In this document: piece by piece, positions 50,898 to 62,014 of the stretch
Layout: each line of letters opens with the position of its first letter
Position numbering within the stretch: position 1 is the stretch's first letter
From: Myxococcota bacterium
GTDB lineage: Bacteria > Myxococcota_A > Polyangia > Polyangiales > Houyiibacteriaceae
Reading direction: 5' to 3'
NCBI GenBank assembly: GCA_039030515.1
Contig: JBCCEA010000014.1
Location: 32,338 to 96,337, forward strand
Length of the DNA stretch: 64,000 nucleotides
Notes under the pieces: model-generated
Seen by the model: only the letters and a program-made list of their open reading frames with translations
The model's database searches: none
Told to the model about the DNA's origin: nothing
Position numbers and translations under genes: made by a program

Positions 50898-51788
50898 CTA
50901 GTCGCGTCGCCGAATGAGGAAGGTGTTCATTCGCTCTGTGTCCTCAAAGCCGCGCTGATAATCCTCCGCCTCGCGGAGCCTTTCGAACGGTCCGATCCGC
51001 ACCCGCCAGTGCATGCCCCGATCGGGCAGTTCCGCCGACACCACGAAACTCTGGTGCCCCTTTGATCGCAGGGTGGCGGCAAAGGCGTTGGCTTCTTCTG
51101 GATTCCGGTAGGAAATTACTTGAAGTGTGTAGATTCCCTCAGACCCGACCGGAGCTGCGGGATTTACCTGCGGTGGGCGCGTCGATCCTGCCACGAGCGC
51201 ATCGCGTCCGGCCGCTCTCGCCAGATTGAGCGTTTTCTGTGAGGCAAAGTCGGCAGCGGGTAAGGTTTGAGATAGTTCGTTGATCGTATCGAGCTCGTTT
51301 TTGCCGTTTAGACTCGGTTCCCCCAACTCAGCTGCGCTAACGGATGCGGAATGCGTCGCAGAACCAAAGTGCACGCTAGGACGAGCGAGTCTCGGCTCAT
51401 CAACGCCGGAGGACGAGGCGTGGCCGCTAGAGCGCGTGATCGGATCTGGATGCGCAAATTCCGCCGCAGCAGCTGCGAGCGCCGCCGCGACTTCTGGACG
51501 ATCATCCTCGATGAGAGCTTCTGGAAAAGTGAGGGTTTCGGGCTGGATCCTCGGCGCGTCTACGGGTGACTCATCGACTGGAGCCAATCCTTCTCGACCG
51601 GAGAGGGCGCCAAGGGGATCGGCTTCCATCTGATCGAATTCTGATTCGTTGCCGAATAGCAGACCGATGGCGAGCACTAGGCCGATGACGGAGCCGGCAG
51701 AGACGACCAGTGCGGTCACCCGCTGTCCGCTGCGCTTACCGTCCTCGTACTCTTGAATTTGCTCGAGATCGCGCATCGCGTGGTCCAT
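50898..51788 (-). CDS. SPOR-domain membrane protein (FtsN/DedD-like architecture)
   Basis: TM, disordered linker, then YTLQVISY...A...L...WRVRIGPF SPOR motif. Confidence 0.85.
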   Translation of the reverse strand: MDHAMRDLEQIQEYEDGKRSGQRVTALVVSAGSVIGLVLAIGLLFGNESEFDQMEADPLGALSGREGLAPVDESPVDAPRIQPETLTFPEALIEDDRPEVAAALAAAAAEFAHPDPITRSSGHASSSGVDEPRLARPSVHFGSATHSASVSAAELGEPSLNGKNELDTINELSQTLPAADFASQKTLNLARAAGRDALVAGSTRPPQVNPAAPVGSEGIYTLQVISYRNPEEANAFAATLRSKGHQSFVVSAELPDRGMHWRVRIGPFERLREAEDYQRGFEDTERMNTFLIRRRD

Positions 51789-51964
51789 CGTCTCTCCCCG
51801 TGAGGTTGCCGGCAAACGCGCTGCCGCCCCTTGCTTACGTGTAGATAGGGTTGGGTCCTGCGGTCAACTTCGTGGCGAAGTCTGCGGTGGATGCGTCAAT
51901 TCAAGGAACGTGATAGCGTCCGACCCCCTAAATCGAGCCCTTGGTTCCGAGAGAGCACAGAAGC

Positions 51965-54565
51965 ATGGCCGAATCCGCACGAAAACTTCCCGTTACCATC
52001 GAAGATGAAATGCGGAAGTCGTATCTCGACTACGCGATGTCCGTGATCATCGGTCGCGCGATCCCGGACGTACGCGATGGCCTCAAGCCGGTTCATCGAC
52101 GGATTCTCTACTCGATGCACGAGCAAGGCGTTCGCTGGAACTCGTCGCAGAAGAAGAGTGCTCGCATCGTCGGTGATGTACTCGGCAAGTATCACCCCCA
52201 CGGAGACACTGCCGTTTACGACGCGCTGGTCCGCATGGCGCAGCCTTTTTCCATGCGTTACCCGCTGGTCGACGGGCAAGGGAACTTCGGCTCCGTCGAC
52301 GGAGATCCTCCAGCGGCGATGCGGTACACCGAGGTGCGGATGGCCCGACTGGCCTCTGAGCTTCTGGCAGATATCGAAAAAGATACCGTCGATTTTACTC
52401 CCAACTTTGACGATTCCGAGCAAGAGCCGTCCGTTTTGCCGAGCCGGGTCCCCAACCTACTGGTCAACGGCTCCGGCGGAATTGCCGTCGGCATGGCTAC
52501 CAATATTCCCCCTCACAACCTCAGAGAGGTGATCGACGCCACCGTCAGGCTGATCGAAAATCCAGATCTCGGCATCGAAGAGTTGATGGTTGATGATGAT
52601 CAGGGACGGCTCGGTATCAAGGGCCCCGATTTCCCCACCGCTGGATTCGTGTACGGGACCCGCGGAATTCATCAAGCGTACAGGACGGGCCGTGGTCGGA
52701 TCGTCATGCGTGCACGGGCTCGCGTTGAGCCGATGGCGGGTCGCGGTGAGCGGGAGCAGATCATTGTTACCGAGATTCCATATCAGGTAAACAAGGCGGA
52801 TCTCCTGAAGAAGATCGCAGATCTGGTTCGCGAGAAGCGCATTGAAGGTATCAGCGATCTCCGAGACGAATCCGATCGCGAGGGCATGCGGATGGTGATC
52901 GAGCTCAAGCGCGACGCCTACGGTGAGGTGGTGCTCAACAAGCTCTATCAAATGACCGCATTGCAGACCACCTTCGGTCACAACTGCCTGGCGATCGTTC
53001 AAGGGCGTCCGCGGGTACTCGATATTCGCGAGTGCTTGAAGCAGTTCATCGGCCACCGGCGTGAGGTCGTCACCCGCCGTACTCGATTTGAACTGCACCA
53101 AGCGTTGAACCAGCGGGAATTGGTCGAGGGTCTCGGGATGGCCACGACCGAGGTGGACCTGGTCGTCCGGACCATTCGCGACTCCAAGGACCCAGACGAA
53201 GCCCGTCGCCGACTCATGGCGCTGCCTCTCGCAGGGCTTGAGGAGTTCGTGCGGCGTGCCGGTCGTCCTGAGGCAGAGCTTGAAGAGGCGAAAGCGCGCG
53301 GGGCGTACTTCCTCTCGGAGCGACAGGCGAAGGCGATCTTGGAGATGCGCCTTTCGCGTTTGACCGGGCTTGAGCGGGAAAAGTTGGCGATCGAATACGG
53401 CGAACTTTGCCAAACGATCGCGCGACTCAGAGCGATCTTGGCCGATGACAAGCTCCTGATGGACTGCATCGTTACCGAACTTACCGAGATTCGTGAGCGC
53501 TACGGGGACGATCGGAAAACGGAAATCGTCGAGGCCGAAGGCGATATTTCCATGGAAGATCTCGTCGAAGACGAGGAGGTCGTCGTCACGGTCAGCCGCG
53601 CGGGCTACATCAAGCGCGTTTCCGCAACCGAATATCGCTCTCAGGGACGCGGAGGAAAAGGGACTCGCGCGATGAACACGCGCAACGAAGACTTTGTGAC
53701 CCAGCTCTTCGCCGCCAACAATCATGCCCATGTGCTCTTCCTAAGCGATCGCGGGAAGGCCTACATGAAGCGAATTTATGAGATTCCGAAGGGATCCCGA
53801 TCCGCTCGTGGACGCGCGATCGTCAACTTGCTCGGCTTCGATTCTCAAGAGCAGGCCGCCGCGATCCTCCCCATCCGAGAATTCGTCAAGGACGGATATC
53901 TTCTCACCTGCACCCGTCAAGGTCGCGTCAAGCGGACTGAGCTCTCGGCTTACGAGAACATCCGTCAGTCCGGAATCATCGGAGTGGCCATCGGCGACGG
54001 TGACGAGTTACTCGCCGCGCGAATCGTTCGAGACGGTCAAGAGGTGCTTATCGGTACCGCACAGGGTCAGAGCATTCGTTTTGTGGTCGACGAGGTGCGG
54101 GAGGTCGGTCGGGATTCCCTTGGGGTCAAGGGAATCGATCTGCGGGAAGGCGACCAGGTGGTGGGCATGGACGTGATCGAAAGTGAGCATCAGCAGGTGC
54201 TGACGGTCAGTCAAAACGGCTATGGCAAGCGCACACCAGTGTCCGAATGGAGACTTCAAAAGCGTGGTGGATACGGGCTCATCGCGATGGACACTTCAGA
54301 GCGAAACGGACGCCTCGTGAAGTTGCGGGTTGTCGACTCAGACGATCAAGTGATGGTGATGACCAACGGAGGACAGATCATTCGAACCAATCTCTCGGAA
54401 ATCCGCGCCACCAGCCGCAACACCAAAGGCGTGATTATCATTCGGCTCTCCGATGGGGAAATGGTGATGGATGTAGAGCCGATTGCGGAGCAAGAAGAGT
54501 ATGGCTCTGAAGGGCTCGATCCTGAGGGCGATGCACCTGCCGAGACAGAAGAACTCTCATCATAG
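51965..54565 (+). CDS. gyrA: DNA gyrase subunit A
   Basis: [31 protein letters not shown], GyrA-box QGRGGKG, acidic tail. Confidence 0.97.
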   Translation: MAESARKLPVTIEDEMRKSYLDYAMSVIIGRAIPDVRDGLKPVHRRILYSMHEQGVRWNSSQKKSARIVGDVLGKYHPHGDTAVYDALVRMAQPFSMRYPLVDGQGNFGSVDGDPPAAMRYTEVRMARLASELLADIEKDTVDFTPNFDDSEQEPSVLPSRVPNLLVNGSGGIAVGMATNIPPHNLREVIDATVRLIENPDLGIEELMVDDDQGRLGIKGPDFPTAGFVYGTRGIHQAYRTGRGRIVMRARARVEPMAGRGEREQIIVTEIPYQVNKADLLKKIADLVREKRIEGISDLRDESDREGMRMVIELKRDAYGEVVLNKLYQMTALQTTFGHNCLAIVQGRPRVLDIRECLKQFIGHRREVVTRRTRFELHQALNQRELVEGLGMATTEVDLVVRTIRDSKDPDEARRRLMALPLAGLEEFVRRAGRPEAELEEAKARGAYFLSERQAKAILEMRLSRLTGLEREKLAIEYGELCQTIARLRAILADDKLLMDCIVTELTEIRERYGDDRKTEIVEAEGDISMEDLVEDEEVVVTVSRAGYIKRVSATEYRSQGRGGKGTRAMNTRNEDFVTQLFAANNHAHVLFLSDRGKAYMKRIYEIPKGSRSARGRAIVNLLGFDSQEQAAAILPIREFVKDGYLLTCTRQGRVKRTELSAYENIRQSGIIGVAIGDGDELLAARIVRDGQEVLIGTAQGQSIRFVVDEVREVGRDSLGVKGIDLREGDQVVGMDVIESEHQQVLTVSQNGYGKRTPVSEWRLQKRGGYGLIAMDTSERNGRLVKLRVVDSDDQVMVMTNGGQIIRTNLSEIRATSRNTKGVIIIRLSDGEMVMDVEPIAEQEEYGSEGLDPEGDAPAETEELSS

Positions 54566-54741
54566 AATACGCATCGCTGACTTCGTAGCTCTCGTTTTGG
54601 CTTCGTGCCTCAGACGAAGTCTAGAGATGTGCTCAGGTTGCCGAGAGGTACGCACGTCGCGTGACTTTCGGCGATGCATCTCGCTCGTCATCCGGTTACG
54701 CTCGGCTCGCATGCGCGGTTCACATACGAAAGGACCCAGCT

Positions 54742-56790
54742 GTGGGTAACTCCGTGCTCGGGATCGATCTCGGAACGACCAATTCGGTTGTTTCGGTGGT
54801 CACGGGATCGGAGCCAGAGGTGCTGTTCGATGAACGATCGGAGCCGCTCGTTCCCTCGGTCGTCTCTTTTCATCCCCAGGGTCGCATCCTCGTAGGACAT
54901 CCGGCTCGAGAACGAAGACTGCTTGACGCGGCCAACACCGTGTATTCCGTAAAGCGCCTTATCGGCAGACCGTTCGATAGTGAAGAGGTTCGCCAGGCGC
55001 AAAGTCGTTTTCCGTTCAAGCTATGTGAAGGTCCTCGTGGAGGCGTCGACGTTCAGGTTCGAGGTGAGACGTACTCACTCAGTGAGATCAGCGCTTTCAT
55101 CCTTCGTCAGGTACGATCTCACGTAGAAGCCGCGATCGGACAGAGGATCACCCGTGCCGTCATCACCGTACCGGCGAACTTCAATGAGCTTCAGCGCAGC
55201 GCCACCAAGGCTGCGGGTCAAGTTGCAGGTCTCGAGGTGTTGCGGATTCTCAACGAACCGACTGCGGCCGCACTGGCCTACGGGTACGGTCGAGGCTCCA
55301 GAGAACGTATTGGGATCTATGATTTGGGAGGCGGCACGTTTGATCTGACGATCATCGAACTCAATGGCGATGTGTTCGAGGTACTCGCGACGGCGGGGGA
55401 TACCTATTTGGGTGGGGACGACATCGACCATATGATCGCCGAGAACATGGCGGACGCTTTTCTCGAGCGTCATCGATACGATCCCCGGTCTGATGTTCAA
55501 GCTTTCGAGCGCCTTCGTGCGGCGGCGGAGTGGGCGAAGTGTCAGCTCACCGAACAGGACACGATTCAACTCAAAGTCGAAGAGCTGGCTTATGGGGAAG
55601 GGGGGGTGGCTCTCGACCTTAGTTTCGGACTCTCCCGTAAAGCCCTTGAGCGTATGGCGGAACCGCTCATCGCGCGCACGTTCGACGTATGCGAGGAAGC
55701 GATGAAGGTCGCTCAGATCCGTCCCACCCAGCTGGACAACGTGATACTTGTCGGCGGTTCCACACGCGTACCGATAGTGCGGCGGATGGTACAAGACTAC
55801 TTTAGCCGACGCCCCCTCAGCGATCTCGACCCAGACTTGGTCGTTGCGATGGGGGCCGCGATTCAGGGTCGCGCACTTGCCGGTTCACCCCGCACCCCGC
55901 GACCTCGACCTTCAGTTGCGATCGGGGCAATGCGCCTAAAAAAGGTGGCGACAGGAGTTCATGCCCATCCGCCTCAAACTGGGTATCGACCGCCGCCGCC
56001 GTCGTTCTTTCAACGAGACGAGGCGCTGTTTTCCAAGTCTGTGGTCGAGGATATCGGTGATGCTCACGACCATCCTACCCTGACTCGCCCTGAAACCTCT
56101 GAGCCGGCCTACGATGATGGCGCAACCAATCCTTCGACGCGTTATGCAGATGTGGTTCAGATAAAAGCGATTCCCATCGCTTCCGCGGCAGGTGAGCTAC
56201 CTCCGGTTCGTGCCGAGCCACCACCTCCGGTTCGTGCCGAGCAGCCACCTCCGGTCCCGGCCGAGCCACCACCTCCGGTTCCAGTGTCTCCCACCGACGA
56301 ACTGCAAGAAGAAGCATCAGAGCCCGAAGAATCGAGTCCTCCGGCACCCACGGTTCCGCGGGCGTTTCCCCTGCTCCTCGACGTCACCCCGCTTTCCCTG
56401 GGGGTCGAAACCGTTAGCGGTTTCTCGGAACATATCATCCCGAGAAATGCTGCGATTCCGGTCGAGCAAACACGGATGTTTTCTACAGGACAGGACTTCC
56501 AGCAAACCGTTCGAGTGACGATCTGCCAAGGAGAGTCTCGAAGGATTGAAGAAAATCAAATGCTGGGGGAGCTAGAGCTAGCGAGTTTGCGCTCGGCTCC
56601 TCGAGGTCGCGTGAAGATCGCGGTTACCTTCGTTATCGATGTGCATGGCACTCTCAGTGTTCGAGCGGAGGATGTCGAGACAGGACAGCAACAGCGGGTG
56701 CGGATCGATCTCATCGGAGGGATCGACGAAGAGTCCATCGAAGAACTGCGTAAGCGACACGAAACCTTGATGGGCGGCGCTACGGTATGA
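54742..56790 (+). CDS. Hsp70/DnaK-family protein with Pro-rich insertion and truncated lid
   Basis: GIDLGTTNS, TVPANF, NEPTAAA, YDLGGGTFD, VGGSTRVP, LLLDVTPLSLG; GTG start after AAGGA. Confidence 0.92.
   Translation: MGNSVLGIDLGTTNSVVSVVTGSEPEVLFDERSEPLVPSVVSFHPQGRILVGHPARERRLLDAANTVYSVKRLIGRPFDSEEVRQAQSRFPFKLCEGPRGGVDVQVRGETYSLSEISAFILRQVRSHVEAAIGQRITRAVITVPANFNELQRSATKAAGQVAGLEVLRILNEPTAAALAYGYGRGSRERIGIYDLGGGTFDLTIIELNGDVFEVLATAGDTYLGGDDIDHMIAENMADAFLERHRYDPRSDVQAFERLRAAAEWAKCQLTEQDTIQLKVEELAYGEGGVALDLSFGLSRKALERMAEPLIARTFDVCEEAMKVAQIRPTQLDNVILVGGSTRVPIVRRMVQDYFSRRPLSDLDPDLVVAMGAAIQGRALAGSPRTPRPRPSVAIGAMRLKKVATGVHAHPPQTGYRPPPPSFFQRDEALFSKSVVEDIGDAHDHPTLTRPETSEPAYDDGATNPSTRYADVVQIKAIPIASAAGELPPVRAEPPPPVRAEQPPPVPAEPPPPVPVSPTDELQEEASEPEESSPPAPTVPRAFPLLLDVTPLSLGVETVSGFSEHIIPRNAAIPVEQTRMFSTGQDFQQTVRVTICQGESRRIEENQMLGELELASLRSAPRGRVKIAVTFVIDVHGTLSVRAEDVETGQQQRVRIDLIGGIDEESIEELRKRHETLMGGATV
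56200..56283 (+). repeat. 24-bp in-frame tandem repeat x3.5 (PPVRAEPP)
   Basis: cctccggttcgtgccgagccacca and variants. Confidence 0.9.
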
Positions 56791-57266
56791 CCGACCGATT
56801 GGATCAGCTCGATTACTACACGCTTCTCGGTCTTTCGACCGACGCGAATGCCGATCAGATTCGTCAAGCTTTTCACCGATTCGCCCTGCGATACCATCCG
56901 GACAAGTACCTTCGGAGCGACGATGCAGATACCCTACGCCGGGCGAATCAGATTTTCTCTCGCGGAGCCGAAGCATATCGGGTGCTGCTCAATCCCGAGC
57001 AGCGAAGTCTTTACGACGTCGGGATGGAACAGGGGCAGCTCAGATACGATCCGGAGCGAACCGATCGAGCACCGCGATCCGGTCGAGTTTCCGCGGAGGT
57101 CACCTCGATTCGAGCACGTCCCTTTGTTAAGAAAGCGCAGCGTGCGATGAAGAGCCAGGACTGGTCGGCTGCCCAAATCATGTTGAAAGCTGCGCTCAAC
57201 CACGAACCTCAGAACTCTAAGCTGCAGTCGATGCTCGAAGAGGTTGAGCGCGAGCTCCGTAAGTAG
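56787..57266 (+). CDS. J-domain co-chaperone with C-terminal TPR-like helices
   Basis: DYYTLLGL, YHPDK, AYRVL...R..YD; ATGA overlap with the Hsp70 gene. Confidence 0.9.
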   Translation: MTDRLDQLDYYTLLGLSTDANADQIRQAFHRFALRYHPDKYLRSDDADTLRRANQIFSRGAEAYRVLLNPEQRSLYDVGMEQGQLRYDPERTDRAPRSGRVSAEVTSIRARPFVKKAQRAMKSQDWSAAQIMLKAALNHEPQNSKLQSMLEEVERELRK

Positions 57267-57346
57267 ACCCTGAATACGTTTCCGTAGTTGCAAGGAGGTT
57301 GCGTGCGAAGACTCGCGCGGTCGCCTCGGGCTGCTATGTTCCAGCC

Positions 57347-57940
57347 GTGCCCAGAACTGCCAATATCGCTCGCGTCACCAGTGAGACGTCTATTCAAGTT
57401 TCGGTGAATCTCGACGGTACTGGATCTCACCGAGTGCAGACACCCATCGGCTTTCTCACGCACATGCTCGAGCAGATACCCAGACACGGCCCTTTTGATC
57501 TGGAGTTGGTGGCGGAAGGCGATACCCATATCGACGGGCATCATACGACGGAGGATGTCGGTATCGCTCTCGGCCAGGCGGTCGCCAAGGCGCTCGGGGA
57601 CAAGCAAGGAATCTACCGTTACGGCTCGTCAACGCTACCCATGGATGAAGCATGCGTGTCGTGCACCCTCGATCTTTCAGGGCGTCCTTACTTTGTCTGG
57701 AGAGTCCCGATGCCCAAGTCCAAAGTCGGCGACTTCGATACCGAGCTCGCCGAGGTGTTCTTTGAGGGGTTTGCCCGAGGAAGCGGATGCAATCTGCATC
57801 TAAGGCTGATCGAGGGTAGCAATCTTCATCACATCATCGAAATCAGTTTTAAGTCGTTCGCAAAATCGCTCCGTCAGGCAACCGAACTCGATCCTCGACA
57901 GCTCGGGGTCCCCTCGACAAAAGGCACGCTGTCCGAATGA
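57347..57940 (+). CDS. hisB: Imidazoleglycerol-phosphate dehydratase
   Basis: R.TSET, GFLTHML, IDGHHTTED, PMDEA, NLHHIIE, PSTKGTL. Confidence 0.97.
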   Translation: MPRTANIARVTSETSIQVSVNLDGTGSHRVQTPIGFLTHMLEQIPRHGPFDLELVAEGDTHIDGHHTTEDVGIALGQAVAKALGDKQGIYRYGSSTLPMDEACVSCTLDLSGRPYFVWRVPMPKSKVGDFDTELAEVFFEGFARGSGCNLHLRLIEGSNLHHIIEISFKSFAKSLRQATELDPRQLGVPSTKGTLSE

Positions 57941-58029
57941 TCACAGAAGAGATGTTTCAAGCGATCGCGGACCGGCGAGACCTAGCAGGCGCAATATGTT
58001 CGCCTAGTGGGTTCGAGGGGGAGGGGTTG

Positions 58030-58650
58030 ATGAATTCGGAAGCGCCGGTGATCGTAGATCTAGGGCTTGGCAACCTTGGGAGCGTCGCCCGGGCATTCGG
58101 CCGGGCAGGCTGTCGCGCTATGGTGACTTCGGATCCAGAACGGATCACGAATGCACGCCGCATTGTTGTTCCCGGCCAAGGTGGCTTTCGCGATTGTGCC
58201 GTAGCACTCGAGGGTGATCTCGGCTGCGCTCTTAGGCGCCATCTGGAGCAAGGTAAGCCCTTCTTTGGGATCTGCCTTGGGATGCAGATGCTTTTCGAGG
58301 AAAGTGAAGAGGCTCCCGGCAAACGAGGTCTTGGTCGACTGGCGGGTCGAGTTCGCCGGTTCTCAGGCGAACTGCGAGATTCGGAAACCGGAAAAGCACT
58401 CAAAGTTCCCCATATCGGTTGGAATCAGGTTCGTTCTCGTCACAGCTTCATGCCAGAAGAGGACTGGTACTATTTCGTTCACAGCTACCATTGCGTTCCC
58501 GATCGGGCTGCACAGGTTGTGGCTACAACGAGGTATGAAGGGGACGTGTGTGCCGCAGTTGCGGAGGGAAATCTATTTGCGTGCCAATTTCACCCGGAGA
58601 AAAGCTACCTGCAAGGGCAGGAACTGCTGAGGCGTTTTCTCGCCGCCTAG
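58030..58650 (+). CDS. hisH: Imidazole glycerol phosphate synthase, glutaminase subunit
   Basis: DLGLGNLGSV, PGQG, GICLGMQ, PHIGWN, YFVHSY, QFHPEKS; ATG 58030 after GGAGG. Confidence 0.96.
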   Translation: MNSEAPVIVDLGLGNLGSVARAFGRAGCRAMVTSDPERITNARRIVVPGQGGFRDCAVALEGDLGCALRRHLEQGKPFFGICLGMQMLFEESEEAPGKRGLGRLAGRVRRFSGELRDSETGKALKVPHIGWNQVRSRHSFMPEEDWYYFVHSYHCVPDRAAQVVATTRYEGDVCAAVAEGNLFACQFHPEKSYLQGQELLRRFLAA

Positions 58651-58828
58651 CAAACGAATTTGAGCGCGGCCTAAGATAGAGCCATCTGAGTTCAGAAAAC
58701 CCCGCTGAACTCGCTACGAAGACTATCGAATTCGACTCTTGTAGTTTGCAGTTCCTGTGAAGCCTTTTTGGTGTTTTTGCCGAAGCGGCCTTGAGTCGTG
58801 TTCGGTCATGAAAGAGAGATTCGCTACC

Positions 58829-59548
58829 ATGGAGTTTATTCCCGCCATCGACCTCTTGGATTCAAGCGTGGTTCGATTGCACCAGGGACGCTACGATCAG
58901 ATCACCGTATACGATTCAGATCCTTTGGCGGTGGCTTTGCGGTTCGCAGAGCAAGGTGCGCGTTCGCTTCATGTTGTCGATCTAAACGGGGCGCGCAGCG
59001 GAACACCCGCAGAACTGGAGACGATCGCTTCCATCGTCGAGCATACCTCTCTTCGTGTACAGGTTGGTGGTGGCATTCGCTGTCCATCCTCGGTACAGCG
59101 ATGGATCGACGCCGGCGCAGCGCGGGTCGTGCTCGGCACGTTGGCGGTGAAAGACCCCGAGCTCGCCAAGCGACTATGCGAAGCACATCCCGACCGTATC
59201 GTCATCGCGATCGACGCTCGCGATGGGGAGGTAGCTGTGGAGGGCTGGCTTGAAACTACCGGGAAGTCGGCTGTCGAAACGGCCAAGGAAGTGGATCGCT
59301 GGAGCCCCGCCGGAATCCTCTACACCGATATTTCTCGGGATGGAACCGGAGAGGGACCCAACGTCGCCGCCACTGCTGCGCTTCAGTCGGTAGTGCATTC
59401 CACCGTGATCGCCTCCGGGGGGATCGGCACCTTGGAGCATGTTCGTATTCTCGCTGGGGCAGGCGTTCGGCAGACGGTTTGCGGACGTGCGCTCTACGAA
59501 GGTGCGTTTGCCTTGCAGGATGCCATCCGCGAAGCGGAGCGCGTATAG
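58829..59548 (+). CDS. hisA: ProFAR isomerase
   Basis: [38 protein letters not shown]. Confidence 0.96.
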   Translation: MEFIPAIDLLDSSVVRLHQGRYDQITVYDSDPLAVALRFAEQGARSLHVVDLNGARSGTPAELETIASIVEHTSLRVQVGGGIRCPSSVQRWIDAGAARVVLGTLAVKDPELAKRLCEAHPDRIVIAIDARDGEVAVEGWLETTGKSAVETAKEVDRWSPAGILYTDISRDGTGEGPNVAATAALQSVVHSTVIASGGIGTLEHVRILAGAGVRQTVCGRALYEGAFALQDAIREAERV

Positions 59549-60324
59549 TGCTGGCACGCCGAGTGATCCCTTGTCTCGACGTCAACTTGGGTCGAGTTGT
59601 CAAGGGAGTGAACTTTGTAGGTCTTCGCGACGCGGGAGACCCGATCGAGTGTGCGTACCGATACTCTGAGGGGGGGGCAGATGAGATCACCTTTTTGGAC
59701 ATCACGGCCTCTCACGAAGAGCGCGGCATTTTGCTCCATGTCGTCGAGGAGACTGCGGAGCGACTTTCGGTACCCCTCACGGTGGGCGGGGGAGTTCAAG
59801 ACCGCGACGGGGTGCGGGATCTTCTCAATGCGGGTGCGGACAAGGTGTCCATCAATACTGCGGCAGTGTTGAATCCAGAGTTTATCGCCGAGGCCTCTGC
59901 GGCATACGGTTGTCAAGCCATCGTGGTGGCTATCGACGCAAAGCGCACGCGAGATGGTTTTTCGGTCTTCACGCACGGCGGTCGACGTGACACGGGACTC
60001 CGTGCAGTAGACTGGGCGCAGAAAGTGGCCGATTTGGGTGCTGGTGAGATACTGCTGACCAGCATGGATCGAGACGGCACACGGGATGGATTCGACCTCG
60101 AGTTGACGCGAGCGGTCGCGGACGCTGTTTCTATACCCGTGATCGCTTCGGGCGGTGTAGGCTCCCCCGAGCACATCCGTGCTGGGCTGGTCGAAGGCGG
60201 TGCTGACGCAGCGCTCGCCGCTTCGATCTTCCACGATAACGAATACAGCATCGAGGAGGTTAAGCGATACCTCCTCGAGCATTCGGTGTGGGTTCGACCT
60301 CCAAGGAGCAGGGGATGTGGGTGA
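59548..60324 (+). CDS. hisF: Imidazole glycerol phosphate synthase, cyclase subunit
   Basis: [49 protein letters not shown]. Confidence 0.97.
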   Translation: MLARRVIPCLDVNLGRVVKGVNFVGLRDAGDPIECAYRYSEGGADEITFLDITASHEERGILLHVVEETAERLSVPLTVGGGVQDRDGVRDLLNAGADKVSINTAAVLNPEFIAEASAAYGCQAIVVAIDAKRTRDGFSVFTHGGRRDTGLRAVDWAQKVADLGAGEILLTSMDRDGTRDGFDLELTRAVADAVSIPVIASGGVGSPEHIRAGLVEGGADAALAASIFHDNEYSIEEVKRYLLEHSVWVRPPRSRGCG

Positions 60325-61984
60325 GTCAGGTTCGGTGAATATCGAACGCGTGGTTGCAGGCCTTGGACGTCGGTCGGTGCATCTTCCGTTTGAGATCGGA
60401 GCGTTCATCGCGCTCGAGATTTGTGATCAGACGCTGGATCATCCAGCTTTGGTGCATCCGGCGGACGTTTGGATTGGATCGGACGGTTCGATAGCGGTCC
60501 GAGGACTGTCCACACCCGCGGACAGCCAAGGCTCTGCCTCTTCGATCATCGACGTGTTGGCACACCTCCTGGTCGCGGCCGGTGGCGCGGTGCCTCCACA
60601 TCTTTTGCGTTTGGTGGAACCGGGAGCGGATCGGCCAAAGTATGATCTTCAACGGCTGCGTGATGCGCTAGAGGCCACGCTCATTCCGCTCAATCGAGCC
60701 GCTTCGATGAGGGTGCTCGCTCGACTACTGCGTGAGATGCAGCGCAGTCCGGTGGCTCATGCCGAGGCATCGTCAGTTGTCGACGGCGGTGCAGATGCGG
60801 ATCTCGATGCGTTTCTAGAGACTGCCGGAGTGAATGACGCATCTGCCACTGCGATCGGGTCCTCGAGTCGACCAAGAGATGAAGAAGCCGACCCTTTTCA
60901 AACGATTCGGCAAGAGGATTTTCATCGAATGAACCAGGTCTCCCGGTCTTCGGCTGCGGTAGAGCTAGGCGGATCGGCGGCACCATCTTCGGCCGTGGTG
61001 GAGCAACGCGAGCTGGCCGCACCGTGTTCGGCTGCCGTAGAGCAAGGCGGATCAACGCGTCCTCAGGAGCCCTTGCCCATCGAGTCTGAGCGCGTTGCGG
61101 AGCCGACGAAGCACGCTTTGGATGCCGAACGCGCGGACAGTCTCCCAAGGGGTGTGGGCGGAAGCTGGCCCCGACGCACTGCGGCTCCGGAGCGTAGTCA
61201 GACGCAAGCGAACCGAACCTTGAGGGATCCTTCGGATCTAGAGCTCGATAGTTTTGAGCTCCCAAGTCGCACGGGTCGATGGCTACAGGGAAGCCTAGTG
61301 GTATGTGCGCTGGTGTTGTTTGCTAGCGGCGTAATCTTGGTTTCGAATCAACCAGAAGTTTTGGTTGCGGCTTTGGCTGAGTGGGGAGTTCAACCCCCTC
61401 CATCTGATCCTGAGCCGGAAACAGAGCAGCCGACCTCCGCCGGCGGCGTGCTTCGCGTGGAGGTGCAGCCCGAGGGCGCACAGGTGCTTTTGCTCGTGGG
61501 TAAAGGGCCTGCGGTCGCAGATTCTCTGCCTATCGGGGTGGCTCATGAGTTTGTGGCGATAGCCGAAGGTAAAGTGCCGACCCGAGCATTGGTGCCTCGA
61601 GACGCTGTATACGAGCCTCGTGAAGGAGCGCTGCCTATGGTCGAACTAGCGATGCAGGCGGGTGACGCAGAGATGCGCTTTTTGGAACTCGATCTAGGCG
61701 AAACGCGATTGACTCAAGATATGGGGACACCTACTGGCGGCTTGGGACGCGTTCGAGTGGTGACCAACCCTATCGGAGCGAAGGTGTATCAGCTTGTCGG
61801 TTTCGCTCCACAGGTATCGATTCGAGATATGCCCACCGACACTTCTCATGAATTGGTGATTTGGTCCGAAGGTTACCGAGCTCAAAAACTATCGATCGAT
61901 GCGCCCGATTGGAGCGTGGTTTCTGGAACCCGGCAAGCCGTCACTAGGGTGCGTCTAGAGAAACTCGATATTCACGCGCACTGA
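60317..61984 (+). CDS. Membrane protein with kinase-remnant N-terminus, low-complexity linker, TM and PEGA-like domains
   Basis: [14 protein letters not shown]...[14 protein letters not shown] resembles kinase subdomains VIa-[34 protein letters not shown] and [12 protein letters not shown]; overlaps the hisF stop. Confidence 0.65.
   Translation: MGESGSVNIERVVAGLGRRSVHLPFEIGAFIALEICDQTLDHPALVHPADVWIGSDGSIAVRGLSTPADSQGSASSIIDVLAHLLVAAGGAVPPHLLRLVEPGADRPKYDLQRLRDALEATLIPLNRAASMRVLARLLREMQRSPVAHAEASSVVDGGADADLDAFLETAGVNDASATAIGSSSRPRDEEADPFQTIRQEDFHRMNQVSRSSAAVELGGSAAPSSAVVEQRELAAPCSAAVEQGGSTRPQEPLPIESERVAEPTKHALDAERADSLPRGVGGSWPRRTAAPERSQTQANRTLRDPSDLELDSFELPSRTGRWLQGSLVVCALVLFASGVILVSNQPEVLVAALAEWGVQPPPSDPEPETEQPTSAGGVLRVEVQPEGAQVLLLVGKGPAVADSLPIGVAHEFVAIAEGKVPTRALVPRDAVYEPREGALPMVELAMQAGDAEMRFLELDLGETRLTQDMGTPTGGLGRVRVVTNPIGAKVYQLVGFAPQVSIRDMPTDTSHELVIWSEGYRAQKLSIDAPDWSVVSGTRQAVTRVRLEKLDIHAH
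60947..61054 (+). repeat. Degenerate 39-bp in-frame tandem repeat x2.8 ([13 protein letters not shown])
   Basis: tcttcggctgcggtagagc.../tcttcggccgtggtggagc.../tgttcggctgccgtagagc... Confidence 0.8.
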
Positions 61985-62014
61985 CCGCCGGCGATCTTTA
62001 CGGCCCTTCTACGC

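Noticed and set aside
52457..53731. 424-aa minus-strand ORF, and similar long antisense ORFs at 21716-22630, 47876-49060, 59494-60408, 43157-43981 and 3374-4102
   Set aside because: They lie antisense to well-supported genes and have no recognisable motifs; typical shadow ORFs of GC-rich coding DNA
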